A DNA stretch of 54,460 bases from Girardia tigrina (Eukaryota). The notes beneath the pieces are model-generated. The model did not search any database. It saw nothing but the letters and a program-made list of their open reading frames with translations, and was not told where the DNA came from. Of this stretch, positions 35,376 through 49,099 are shown piece after piece. The stretch spans positions 1 through 54,460 of the forward strand of contig MQRK01233262.1 of the NCBI GenBank assembly GCA_001938485.1. Reading direction: 5' to 3'. Positions within the stretch are counted from its first letter, which is position 1; each line of letters opens with the position of its first letter. The translations under genes and the position numbers were made by a program.

Positions 35376-37519
35376 ATCATGACCCATAATATGCTTAACA
35401 AATTAAAAGTTGATTATATTGTTTTATTATTTAATTAATATTTTAAAATAAAAAAAAACTATAATCAAATAATCATATTAAATCTATTTTAAACGGAAAT
35501 CACAACAATTTAAAAATAATATAACCAATTTCAATTGAAAACAAACATATTTATTATTTTTTTATTAAAAAAAGTGATTATTGTAATGATAGAATTTATT
35601 AATATAAATAAAAATAATTATCATTCTTATCAATAATTTTAATTAATATTAATAAACAGTAGAAAATTAAAGAAGCCATTTATAATTAGTGAAAAACCAG
35701 AAAATATTGCCGACATAAAAGTTTTATTTTTCATAAATACACATAATGTTTATATAATTAATAATAATTCTGGGAAGAACGTTCGTTAAACTTGGTGAAA
35801 AATGTCAGAAAAACCGAACAAACTGTTGAACATTTCATCTCTAATTGGAACTGGTCAGATTTTATTCCAACAGCAAACAAAACGAACCCAAAACTGGTAA
35901 AATTGAATTAAGTTAATGAAATGCCATAATATAAATTACAATTTCGTTCTTCTTTTACTTACCAGGTGTAGTTACAACATATCCTCCAGGTCAATGGAAA
36001 GATGTATTTCTCTCGAATTGTGATTCATTTTGCTTGCAGCGAAGGATAAAAGTTTATGTCCATGACTCACTATGAAACGTCAATTAGGGGAAATAAATTA
36101 GGAATGTAGTTTTTTTAGGGAAAAAGATATTGGTTTAAGATTTGTAAGTATGATTATCTGCAAGATTGGCTACACATGTACTTCTAACTTAGATACAGTC
36201 TATATGGAATGTACAATGTTCAAATTTATTTTGACAGTCCATTTTGATTCATTAATTTTCAGCACTTGAAGAAAAAGTTGATTAATTATTTATTTTTTTC
36301 AGACGAAAATTGATAAAAGAAGAAACACGAAATGCGCCAGAAACGTCTCACATGTTGGTAATCTTAAACTGACCTTTTATGCAATTAATAATTCCTGACA
36401 TTTTCCCTTGATTGGGATTTGTAATTCTAACGGATTGTGTTGGGAAACGTTTTATAAAAATTAATTATCTAGTAAAACAAAAAAATCAAATGATTTTCGA
36501 CTGTTCAATGAAAAAAAATTTAAATTAAATTAAATAATTAAAATTATTTTTAATTTTTTTAGACGAAAAAAAACACCGTTTAACTTTTTAATGTAATATC
36601 TTAATTGAAAAATTTTTTTTTAAAATAAAATTACACAAAAATTAAATTGAATTATAAAACTTTTTAATGGCAAAAAAATCAAAATAAATTCTGTTTACAA
36701 TTTACAATTTCTAATCTGATTTATTAAGGATCTTCATTGAATATTTACAATTATTTTTTTATTATTAATTTTATTAGTGTTATTAATATTAAATAATTTC
36801 ATAAAAAATTATGATAATATTAAATTAAATTTAAGTGGAAATAAAAATTGTTTTGAAATGTGTTGAAGTTTCGATTTTCATTAATATGTCAAATTTCATT
36901 ATAAAATTATTAATTATTAATTAATAATTAATATAATGATTTTTTTATCATTTAACGCAAATGAAAATAAAATAAATTCATCATAAAATTAATTTTTACT
37001 AGATAAAAAAATTAATTTAATATTTTTTAGAATAAATTTTTTTTATTACTAGTTAGAATGAAATTTATTAGTATTTTCATAGCTTTTTTAATGCAGCCGG
37101 ACTTCCTAAAAAAATCGGTTCATGTATGGCTACCTGTGGGACCCTGCCATAATCACTATTATCTCAAGCAGAATGTCTTACACGTCTTGATAAATTTAAT
37201 TTTTACAAAAATAATAATCTCATGTGTAAGAATATACTCATGAAATGGTCAGGAAGAAGGGCTCCTTTCACAACAATCACACCGAAACAGCAATTAATCA
37301 CTTCAAGGGAATATGATTTAAGTAAGAAATTAAATGAAATTATTTAACAGTTTTTACTTTTTCAATAAAAAGGGATATTTAATACAAAATATTTTTAAAA
37401 TTTTTTATTTGGTCATTTTAATAATGACTGACTACTTATAAGCTTCATTTGTGGTTTTAATGAAAAGCTCAAAGAACAAGAGAAGAAGAATATAATGAAT
37501 AAAAATTGTAAATAGTAAT

Positions 37520-39722
37520 TGTGAGGAATATTTAAATGTTTGATGTTTTCTGTTTGAAAGTTGTATGTTGATTTGGAATTGTCTCTCCTGCCCAGATGGA
37601 TGATTAATGTTTTAATTCTTATTATCTAAAAATATGTAATGTTTAAATTTATTTTTAATTTCAAATAATTTTTAAATTTTAAATAAGTTAATTAATTTTT
37701 ATAATATTTAATAAATAAATCAAATTAATATTTTTTAAATAATTAATAATCATTTTAATTATTATCCAATAAGTTTTGAGTAAATATTTTAATAAAATAT
37801 TTATTTCCCCATTTCCTAAATAAATAATGAGAATTATTTCATTAATCAATTTCGTTTAGAATGCAAATGTACGAAAGTTTTGACAAAGATTGTCTTGAGG
37901 ACAATCAAAATTGTTGTTTAAATAAAAATATAAAAAAGTCAAATTGGTGTTCCTAATATGGCGACACACGACCACGTGACTCCGAATATCAAAGGTCCAG
38001 AAACATTCAACGGATCTGAGACAAAAGTGGAAGCATTTATAAAGAATTTCAACAGGTACACGAAGATAATGGGATTTTCGGAGGAAAGAAAAATCCTTTT
38101 AGTCACGCCATACATGACACCAGAGGCAATAATCAAGTATGAAACATACGAAGAAAAATTAAGAGCAGCGTTCTCCAAGGAAAAAACCGTACTAGATATA
38201 ATGAAAGAAATGTTAGATTTGAGAATTGGCTCCAGCGATCCCACAATAAAATTTAGAAAGGTAGACGAACTAATAGAGAAATTGGTAAAGAAAAAGCTAG
38301 GTAAGAAAGAACTGTCGAATTTAGTATACGCTAACTTGATAGATGATGATGATGTACAAAAACAAATAGCCTTTCAAGGTATCACGAAATCTGATGAGAT
38401 TGAAGAAATACAAACAAGAATGTTCGAACATGAGAAAAAGAAAAGAAATGAACCAGTGGCAGCATATAATACAAAAAGAGAAAATGAATGAACAACAAGA
38501 CCGTGGAATAAAAAAATTCCAGAAGATACAAGAAGAAATTTTAGAGTCAGGAAAATTACTTGTTGGGCATGTCATGAAGAAGGACATGTTAGAAGAGATT
38601 GTCCAAATTTGACATGTAATCATTGCAATAAAAAAGGGCACATAAGAACACAATGTTATGAAAACACGAATAGGTTTAATGAAAGCGAGCAATGACAACG
38701 GGATAATGGAAGAAATCCATGGGAAAATGATAGGAAAAATTACTCGAATCAAAGATATAGAGACCGGCCGACGTACACAAATAGGAAATATTCAGTAGCG
38801 GAATTGGACAAATTAGACGATGAATTGTATGAAGGAGATAACTCTTCAAGACGGGGCTATATCGACGAAACCAATAGAAAAGAAGATTCTAAAAGACAGG
38901 AATATCCCAGAGGTTTCAGAAAATTCAGAGATGATCAGGGAAACGAGGATGCACGATCACAGGGAGAGGTGATCAGTGTGCTTCATTAGAAAGTCAATGC
39001 AGATGTATGTTTGATTGTACGTATGAATGTGTGTGTGATTGTATTTTTGATTGTATGTATGAAAATATTCCTCTAGAAATGTGTGAATTAGATAGTTTGA
39101 ATAAAGAAAATAATGAAAAATGTGATAGCATGGATTTTGAAAAAGAAAGAAAGGAAAGAAATATTACAACAGATATATTAAAAATAGCAAAGTTTGACAT
39201 AAATTATAAAAAAAATTGAAAGGACGGCCAAGTTTAGAATTTCGTATATAAGATAAAAATGTTCAGTGCCTTTTAGATACAGGAGCCCGAGTGAATGTCA
39301 TTAAAGCGGATTTAATTAAAGGTATGAAAAATATTCAGATTAGAGAAACAAGAAAGCGTATTCACTGTGCGAATGACTCAGAACTTGTAAATTATGGGAC
39401 TGTACAATTAAAGGTGATAATAGAAAGGGTACAGAAAACAATAGAGTTTTATGTTGTCAAAGAAATAGATCCGGAAATGATTGCTGGTATAGATTTTTTG
39501 GATAAATTTGGAATAAAACTGAAGAAAGAAGCATCAAATATCGATAGGATATTGTCCATTAGAGATAGCCCTTCTGATGAAGATAGATTAAAAAGAATAA
39601 GAGAATTGTACAATAATACAAGTGAAAATGAGCTAATGGAACTTTTAACGAAGTACAGATCAATATTCATGGCTGATAAATGGGATATTGGAAAAACTTT
39701 GTTAACCAAACACAAGATAGTT
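37520..39722 (+). mobile_element. Gypsy 'TGTGAGG' family: putative 75-bp LTR, gag, protease, RT start
   Basis: HDHVTPNIKGPETFNG; CWACHEEGHVRRDCPNLTCNHCNKKGH; CLLDTGARVN; IFMADKWDIGKT. Confidence 0.95.
38938..38985 (+). promoter_or_regulatory. -1 programmed ribosomal frameshift signal (G GGA AAC plus stem-loop)
   Basis: The heptamer is in the gag frame, followed by gcac-gatcac/gtgatc-a-gtgt. The -1 frame is open into ORF 39007-39219. Confidence 0.8.
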
Positions 39723-39799
39723 AATTTTCAATTCGCCAAATAATTCATAAAAATTTATATTTAAAATTTTAATAAAAATTCAATTATGGTGCTGGCCTC

Positions 39800-40125
39800 C
39801 AGATCGAGGTGTGAAGGCAAACACCCGTTTCTCGTGCGAGAAACAGTCACTCGGCGGAACAAATTGACCTGTCTAGTATCGACCAGAATTCAGAGTACCG
39901 CTGAGTAACGCTTCCCGTACCGAGTCCCCGTTGCAGTAACAGACGATAACACTCGATGTGGTGAATTGTTCTATCGGTTCATCGACACACGGCCCGAGTG
40001 CGTGGTCGGTGAGGATGTAGGGATCCGCCATGCATCGCGAAATGATGTGAGGCAATTGCGCATGGGATCTGACCGATTGAGGCTGCTTCCGCACAAAGCG
40101 GTTCGAATAGTTATTCATGATAACT
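39800..40125 (-). pseudogene. GC-rich gene relic, possibly Sec1/Munc18 family (Vps45-like) C-terminus
   Basis: LGP...VIVCYCNGDSVREALLSGTLN resembles LGP...[21 protein letters not shown]. Weak match. Confidence 0.35.
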
Positions 40126-40821
40126 TTAAAATCAATATTAAAATCCGTTCAAAATTAAAACGAGAATAAAGCGGAGTCATTTATTAAATTCATTCAGTTC
40201 AATTCAAAAATTGTGTCAATAATTACGAAAACATTAAAAAATACATCATGTCTTTTGAAATTAAAAATAATTAAAAAAGGACTTTAAAAATCAAATACAA
40301 AAATTAAATAATTATGTAAAACAAAAAAGTACAAAAAAGTCAATTCCATTTACAGTACCAAAAAACTATTTTTCAACAAATTTTAATTAACTTTGATTCA
40401 AATGATTTTTAAAATTTCCTCGTACTATGGGATCCGGAAATGAATAGTAAATATATTATATATGAATGATGTACATAATTACTGACCCAAATTCATAATA
40501 CAACTTCCTCCGGTTAAATAAATATAATATTTGATTGCTATCTGATCTAAACAATAAGATTTACGATATAAAAGATAACCGAATCAAAGTAGAATTTGAT
40601 TTGAATTTTCGATGATGAATTAACAAACAATTTTATAAATATGCGATTAGGTTTGTAAAGTTATTGTTAAATTTTGTTATTTGTGTATGCTTAATTTATT
40701 TAATATAATTAGAATTTAAATTTATTTGTATTTATATCATTCTACACTTTATATATATATATATATATATANNNNNNNNNNNNNNNNNNNNNNNNNNNNN
40801 NNNNNNNNNNNNNNNNNNNNN

Positions 40822-40866
<45 letters not shown>

Positions 40867-41539
40867 GATTATTTTTTTATAAAAAATGTATTATTGAAAA
40901 TTTTCAAGAGTTATAATTTAATATTTGAAAATTTTAATATAAGTTCTAATAATATTTTTATTTATTTTAATTATTAAGATATTATTGGATAATAATGGAA
41001 ATGTTTTTATTAATTTTAATAAATACTTAAAGATTTGAAACAGAAGAGATTATATTTTACAATATTATCAATGATCAAGAACCTTGCTCGATCGATTAGA
41101 TTGTGAATGCTCACTATACTGCGTTTTGATATTAAGATTTGTCTCTCAGATATAAGTATTTAGAGATTCCCACCAAACTAGAGAATTTCTAGTAGTCCTG
41201 ATAGGCCTCCTCCGGGCTCAGAAATTATCAGTCAACGAGATATTTTCAATTTCCCTGTTAGAAAAGGATCCTGAAAAAACATCGCAGAAAAAAATATTGT
41301 GGTAATATTTAAATATAGTAATTTTTTGCTGAAATTGAGATAATATTTAATTATGGTAATTTCTTACTGAAATTGTAATGCAAAGACATCGCGGGAAAAT
41401 ATTATAAATTTTATCGAGGAAATATAAAAATATATTAAAATTTTTGATGATACCAGAGCTATATCTCATGGTAAGGTACTACAATATTATTCCCCACGAC
41501 CCAAAAACCCCCCAATCATGGTGCTGCAGCTCCTCTGCA

Positions 41540-41655
41540 CACGCTCTGTCATCAAAGAAGTTCCAACAGTTGCAGATGAAATTGCCAAATTATCGGGAAC
41601 CAGAAATTTTGTTGTGAAAGCTCAGCTTCTAGTAAGAGACTGTCGATCGGGACGC
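41540..41655 (+). pseudogene. Succinyl-CoA ligase beta subunit N-terminal fragment
   Basis: ADEIAKLSGTRNFVVKAQLLVRDCRSG versus the family motif A..IAKKLG.KD.V.KAQVLAGGRGKG; the glycine loop is destroyed. Confidence 0.6.
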
Positions 41656-42849
41656 ATTTCTATGATCCCAAACGCACCCGATCCTTATCTTTGGAAATCA
41701 GATAAAATAACAGAAACGAAAGAGAAAATAACTTCTCTGAGCATTCCAATTCTCCAACAGTACATGCAGCTGCTTTTTTTCGCCAACTTCTTTTTAACAT
41801 CTTTGTTGTGGACATTGAAAAAGCTTTCTCTCATATGGATCAATTGGGGATATCAGAGCACGAATTCATATGAAAATTGCACTTTAACATTCAAATAATT
41901 AAACGACGTAATTTATTCTTCAATCCACGTTTATGACATAAATTAGTTGCAAATATTTACTCTTTTTATCTTTTTTGTGATCCTTTTGAGAGTTGGATGA
42001 AGTTTTTGGGGAGTTTCTGTATTGGAAGACGAGTTTTGTGAAAGGGCAAATGTAAATATAGGGTTAAAACCATCATTGTAAAATATCAACTTGTAACATG
42101 GAAACTAAGTTTTGAGTTTCTATAACTTTAAATTTATACGACATATATTGATTTTTTCTTAATTGAATGTTTATTTATATTAGTTTTCTTCTTGATCTTT
42201 GGGCCTCAAAAAGTTGTATATTTGAACTATATCGTCTTGTAGTCGCAAAATATAACGTTAATATTAACGAATTCAAACACAAAACCCTACATCAATCTTA
42301 AAAATTAATAAATCCCTTGACTTTACAAACTTCCAACTCTTACTTTTAAAATATAAAATGAATAATGTAAAATGTTTTCATTATTTTTTTCATTTCTAAC
42401 ATTTATGCAACTTTTTTTATATAACAAATCAGAAATAAATTTTACTGTTATTATTTTAATCAAATGAGTCTTGTTGTTAATTAACTTTTGACATTTTAAT
42501 AAATGTAATTTATTTGTTTCAATTAAAAGTTTCAAGAAAATTTTATTTTTTTCGTTTCACTTAATTAATTTAAAATTTGATATTCTTTTATTATTGAAAA
42601 AATATCCAATTTAATGTAGTGATATTATGAAGAAAGTCTGTTAGGAAGAATATTAGTATTATTAAATTACTATTCAAAATTAAAATCATTCAAATAAATA
42701 ATAATGATACAAATAGAACTTGTAATAGAGAAGATCGGAAACAAACAGCTATCAAATCAAAATTTAATTACTTATCAAAATGACAATCGTGGGAATAGGT
42801 TTTTCGAAATAGATGACAAAGTGTTAGTAAAAAAGGTCTTCTAGTCGTT

Positions 42850-44390
42850 TGTTTTGCTCTTGCAGTTTCATGTCTTTCTCCACTGTCACAACTGACTTCT
42901 TGATAGTTTTTTCCAGTTTGATTCCGAATTTATGCATCACATTAACACCTCCAATGACTGCCGGTCGGATTGCTTTCACCACTAAAAAATCAACCGCATG
43001 TCACTCTTCTTTCCATTTCAACTTCAATGTCATTTTTCCCAAACACTTATGGCCTTCTGAAAACGCTCCATTTAGTATCACTGGGCTCTTTTCTAATCTA
43101 GGTTGTCCGATTTGCAACCAAACCTTCTCACTAATAACTGAAACACCCGCTCCACTATCCCACAACATTAATACATTGTGATTGTTCAGCTTAACATCGC
43201 TCCCCTATCTACCATCTGACCCCTCTACTATCTCTGCAATTCGATTTTTTGGATATTTTATGCCGACTCCACAGACGAAATGCTCACCATGGAGTCTATG
43301 GTGTTTAAATCATCTTCATATTCATCTTTATATGATACGATATCCACGTTGTCTTCATTGTACACATCTTTGATGCATACTATATTAACATTCTTAATAT
43401 GATTACAGTTTCTGAACCCATGTCCACTTTTTCCACAGATTAAACAACGATTATTTAAAGGATAATCTTTCTTCAAATGCCCATGTTTTCCACAGCAATA
43501 ACAATCCCCTCTGGTTACATGCTCCTCTTCTGGAGTTGAAAGTCTCTTTATTTTGCAATGTACCTTCCTTGCTTTGTACCAAGCCGAATGCACCGGGCGA
43601 TTATATTGTTGTTTATCTTCTGAAATTCTACTGGATCCTTTCTCATTACTTTTATTAAATCTTTCCGATGATATTCTACGTTCCGTTCTTAATATTGGCT
43701 GTCTATCATTTGATTCATTCAATCGAGCTGTATTTCTGTAATGTTCTCATATCTTGTAACTTGATATTTGTCTTTCTTTGCCATTTCTGCATACGATGTT
43801 TTGACGGCTAAAACATCATTTCTTTCTTCTTTTCATATGTTGTCCTCATAAATCTTAGCTACCGCTCTCATTTCGTCCACCGATATGTTAGGTTGAAAAC
43901 AACTCGATCCTTCAGAACTTGAGATTTTATCCGCTTTTTCAAAAGTTTATTCAAAATTTATTCATTGCTGTGTTTCCCAAAATTTTCAATTGTTTTCTGG
44001 AACCAATTTTTGGATTCCACATCTAACATTGGTTTCTTACCCTCTTCTGTTGCATTCATCCAAAGAATTTTTGCTTCGTCTATCAACAAATAGTTAGACA
44101 TTTCCGAGAATATTAACCCAAAAAATTCTGAGCATTGGCATATGTCTCTATACCATATTTGACCATCTTCAGAATCCACTCCATTGTACTCCTTTATTTT
44201 CTTCTCGAGGGTTTCCTTAAAGATTGATGGAAGTTCTAGTTTAGGAAGCCTCAAAACTTTTATTGAACACCAGCGTGGTCGCCAGTTAAATCCCCAGGTT
44301 CATATCTTCAGGATTCATAATATCAACAAGTAGAATTTATTAATTATTTACAATCTTTTTAGAATACTTAAACAAATAATAATCACAACT
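42850..44390 (-). mobile_element. Gypsy element (putative 107-bp AGTT...AACT LTR, tRNA-Arg-like PBS, gag, protease)
   Basis: PBS TGGCGACCACG at 44274-44284; knuckles CYCCGKHGH and CLICGKSGHGFRNC; LWDSGAGVSVIS. Confidence 0.9.
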
Positions 44391-45420
44391 GTTATTGTTG
44401 TGGAAAACATGGGCATTTGAGGAAAGATTATCCTTTAAATAATCGTTGTTTAATCTGTGGAAAAAGTGGACATGGGTTCAGAAACTGTAATCATATTAAG
44501 AATGTTAATAAAGTTTGCATCAAAGATGTGTACAATGAAGACAACGTGGATATCGTATCATATAAAGATGAATATGAAGATGATTTAAACACCATAGACT
44601 CCATGGTGAGCATTTCGTCTGTGGAGTCGGCATAAAATATCCAAAAAAAATCGAATTGCAGAGATAGTAGAGGGGTCAGATGGTAGATGGTGGAGCGATG
44701 TTAAGCTGAACAATCACAATGTATTAATGTTGTGGGATAGTGGAGCATGTGTTTCAGTTATTAGTGAGAAGGTTTGGTTGCAAATCGGACAACCTAGATT
44801 AGAAAAGAGCCCAATTATACTAAATGGAGCGTTTACAGAAGGCCATAAGTGTTTGGGAAAAATGACATTGAAGTTGAAATGGAAAGAAGAGTGACATGCG
44901 GTAGATTTTTTAGTGGTGTAAGCAATCCGACCGGCAGTCATTGGAGGTGTTAATGTGATGCATAAATTCGGAATCAAACTGGAAAAAACTATCAAGAAGT
45001 CAGTTGTGACAGTGGAGAAAGATATGAAACTGCAAGAGCAAAACATCATGAAACATGATGAATAGAATTTGGGATTTACGGACATTGTTATCCATAAATT
45101 TGAAACAGAAGGTAAACCGATTTTTCTGAATCCAAGAAGGCAATCGATTCATTTATAAATTCAAATCGAAGGATTTTTGAAAGGATTAAAAAAAGTAGGA
45201 ATAATTCGGAAATGTAAAAGTGAATGGAACTCCCCGTTAGTCATTACGCAAAAGAAAGATGGAGGTATTCGAATTTGTTTAGATTTCAGAAAATTGAATG
45301 ATGTATCATAGATAGTTTTGTTTCCAATGCCAAGCTAAGAACATTGGTAGAGATTTGTCTCTTAAAAAGATAAGAAAATGCATTGATCCGATAGATATAA
45401 AATGGCCTTTTAGGAAATTA
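44390..45420 (+). mobile_element. Second copy of the same Gypsy family (gag end, protease, RT start)
   Basis: 44390-45045 is the near-identical reverse complement of 42850-43503. It continues into SEWNSPLVITQKKDGGIRICLDFRKLN. Confidence 0.9.
44584..44628 (+). promoter_or_regulatory. -1 frameshift signal (T TTA AAC, 6-nt spacer, stem-loop); also on minus at 43265-43309
   Basis: The heptamer is in the gag frame, followed by the stem gactccat/gtggagtc. In the minus copy the -1 frame is the protease frame. Confidence 0.8.
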
Positions 45421-47110
45421 AAAACATATTTTTGGTCCCATATAATGTAATCAGATTTTCAACAAATCAAGTATTATGAATATAGATTAAAGTTTGTTTA
45501 GTATGTGCTGTATGGTTACAGCTTGGTTATCTAATATAGGGTATAGTTAAACTATAACTCTCGATTGCTATAGCAGCCACAAAAATAATTTTTATATCAT
45601 GATGTAAGAGTACATGCAGTTTAATATTTTTATCTCCTCTTTAAAATGGAAGATTGGAGAAGAACAGCGCCATCAAACAATGATATATACGATAAAATAT
45701 TTATAACATACCAAGAAAAACCTGATGATACAAGCACAGGTAACAATAAATCATATGATAGATTTGTTTATCCCCAAGGAAAATAGTTCTCAACTACATT
45801 TGAGAAGTGAGAAATCTGGTCAGATAATGAAGAATATCAATGAAATGGTAGAAAACCCATGAACTATGACGTTTTCATAAAAGAAAATGGTAGCAAAATA
45901 GGGATGATGTGATAAGATGAAAAGTGTCAATATGGTGCATGAGTTACCACCCCATTTGAGTCTAAAAAAAGTGGTGAACAATCTCAGTTTGAAGGGCTAC
46001 AGAATACTTTCAGGATATTATTTACAAATTTGATCATGTCAAAAGATCAATATCAAGTATTCAAGTTGAGCATACTAAATTATAATGCAGAAGATAGTAG
46101 TATTAAATGAACAATAATTATCAACTATAATAATCAAATTAATCAGTAAATGAAAATAAAATTCATTGTCAAAACAATAAAGAATAATAAAAATTTTTAA
46201 AGAATTTAATTTACAAAAATATCCATTTTTTACGTTTTTTGATTTAGTAATATTTGTTTTGAAAAAAATTAATTTCCAACAGAAAAAATATAAAAAAAAC
46301 GTAATTAGTAAAAATATTTTCAGTTTATAATTAATGTTGCAGTCGAAAGAAACCAAATTGGATTTTTTAGAAGACGAAATAATATTTTTTGTCATTTTGT
46401 CGCACTTTGTGAATCTTCCATTTTATTTTCCAACAGTATTATTTTAATATTTTTTTCTTATTTATTAATTAGAATATATATATCAATAAAATTTAATTAT
46501 AAAAATTAGATTATTAATTAAAATATTAAACATTCAAAAAATAAGTTCAATTTCAAAGGAAATATAATCAATTGGTTTTTGTGATAAAATTCAAATATAT
46601 TAGAAATTAATTTATATTAATTATTTATTATTAATTGTATGAAATTTAATTATTTTAAAATTTTTTCCTTACTAATGTTTGAAATTTTAATATTTTAATT
46701 TTTTTTATTTAATTTATTTTTTTGAAATTAAATTAAGTTTTATCTTCGATCGAGAATTAATTTTTTTATTCTCGAAATCGTTACTTATCAAACAGCAGTT
46801 TCAATCATAGGGTCATCAAAACCCATTTGCTTTTACTAATTTTCTGATTAAGATTTTCTATGAGAAGACTCGCTTTTCTTTCATGAGATTTGATAGAACT
46901 TTTGCACTATATGTATTCATAAACCGTCGGTTAGGCTGTATAATGATAATTAACTGACCATTTTGTTTAAACATTTCAAATAAAACACTTCGTAGCAAAT
47001 CGTTTGAATACAATTGAGATCATTGAATGGTAACTCCTCCACTTGAAAAGGACAAATTTAATGATAATCACAGTCTACCAACAATTACAGAGAAGACTTT
47101 ACATGGCATT

Positions 47111-48270
47111 TGTGAGGGATAATTGTGAATGTTGTAAGTTTGTTGTTTTTATGCTGTTTAGATTTGTGACTCTCCTACTCAGATGGGATTGATTATTTGA
47201 ATCTAATGATATTAATTTAATGATATTAAATTAAAGTACTAATTAATTAAAGTTTGATAATTATGAATTTTAATAATATTTTCAGTAAACGATTTTAACT
47301 TATTAAATTTAATATTTTTCAAAATTAATGTTTATTTTAAAAATTACATAATGTCTTTTTATCCAATAAAAATTATGAGAAATTAAAGTGTAATATTAAA
47401 ATTTCCCCATTCATTAATTTTTCATATTTAAGTATTTAATCAAAAACTATATTAATCAAAGAAAGATGACCACTGAAAATTGTTGTGAAGAATCTGTTTG
47501 TGTTGTAAATAAATGTTTGCATTCAAATTGTGATGTNNNNNNNNNNNNNNNNNNNNNNNNNNNNNNNNNNNNNNNNNNNNNNNNNNNNNNNNNNNNNNNN
47601 NNNNNNNNNNNNNNNNNNNNNNNNNNNNNNNNNNNNNNNNNNNNNNNNNNNNNNNNNNNNNNNNNNNNNNNNNNNNNNNNNNNNNNNNNNNNNNNNNNNN
47701 NNNNNNNNNNNNNNNNNNNNNNNNNNNNNNNNNNNNNNNNNNNNNNNNNNNNNNNNNNNNNNNNNNNNNNNNNNNNNNNNNNNNNNNNNNNNNNNNNNNN
47801 NNNNNNNNNNNNNNNNNNNNNNNNNNNNNNNNNNNNNNNNNNNNNNNNNNNNNNNNNNNNNNNNNNNNNNNNNNNNNNNNNNNNNNNNNNNNNNNNNNNN
47901 NNNNNNNNNNNNNNNNNAACCAAAGATATAAAAAGCGTAGTTACCAATATGTACGAACTACGTAAAATGGAAAGTGAGGAAACAGTGGCAGCATATACGA
48001 CGGTAAATAAACAAGATAATTGGAAAACCGTAACTGGACGCAAAGCTATACACAATGAAAGAACCCCACATAGACATTACGAACAAAACAATAGGAACCA
48101 AGGAAATAATGGATTCAAACCGAAAAACAATTATTACAGAACCGTAAAATGTTATGCATGTCAAGAAGAAGGCCACATAAGAAGAGATTGCCCAAATGTG
48201 AAGTGTACCCTTTGCAACAGAAATGGCCATTATAGAACTCAATGTTATCTCAACAAGAATTCTAAATTGA
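47111..48270 (+). mobile_element. Gypsy 'TGTGAGG' family: putative 71-bp LTR, leader and gapped gag
   Basis: Same 5' motif; CYACQEEGHIRRDCPNVKCTLCNRNGHYRTQC. Confidence 0.9.
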
Positions 48271-49099
48271 TAAAATAAAGTCACAATTTATACTGGTAAA
48301 CCCGATCAAATCAAATTAACAAATTAAATTCGTACAAGAAAATTGCTCGAATTTTAATTTTTTCCATTATTAATTTAGCACCGTAAATATTCTAAAAAAT
48401 AACAGCAATATGTTAATAATGGCTATAGGAATATACAGCTAGGCATAAGATTTCAAATAATATCTAACACTAATACATTTAAACTTATATACATATCAAA
48501 TAACAAAGAGATAAACAAGGTATAAAGCTCAAAAACCGCATTTATTTTTCGACCAACCTAATATTAAAATTATTATAATCAGAAAATAATTTAATTTAAA
48601 TATACGAGAGCAGGTTAAAAAAACGAAAGACAAAATAACGGTAGTCAAAATATCGACAAGTCTGATGACAAAGAAATCACATAGCAAAATGCATTAATGT
48701 TATAAAAGAAATAAACATAAATTGAAAATTTTTTTAAAACGGTAGATTATATATAATTCATTTCAAATATTTCACTAGTTCAGTACTGCAACGTCTATTT
48801 ACTACAACAATTATTCTATTTTCTCTTTGAAGGATACTACTTTGGTGTTTTTAGATATTATTTCACATATTTTTTCATATTAATTATTTAAAAATAAGAA
48901 AATTTATAAGTTATAGTATTTATTTGCAACACGAAAAATTTTCAAGAATTTAAAATGTATTTCGAATTTTTAAATAACCGAATTTTCTAATTTTAAATTT
49001 TTATGATCATTTAAACAGTTATTTATAATAAGAACATCAATTGAGTTTTCACTACATTTATTTATATCACAATTTGAATTGCCACTAGACCAATTCTTC

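Noticed and set aside
46075-46395. 106-aa ORF (also 8333-8539, 42323-42535, 11152-11361)
   Set aside because: Low-complexity F/I/K/N composition typical of non-coding AT-rich DNA.
46800-47000. pogo DDE fragment on the minus strand
   Set aside because: Only a faint YxQP-like trace; too weak to call.
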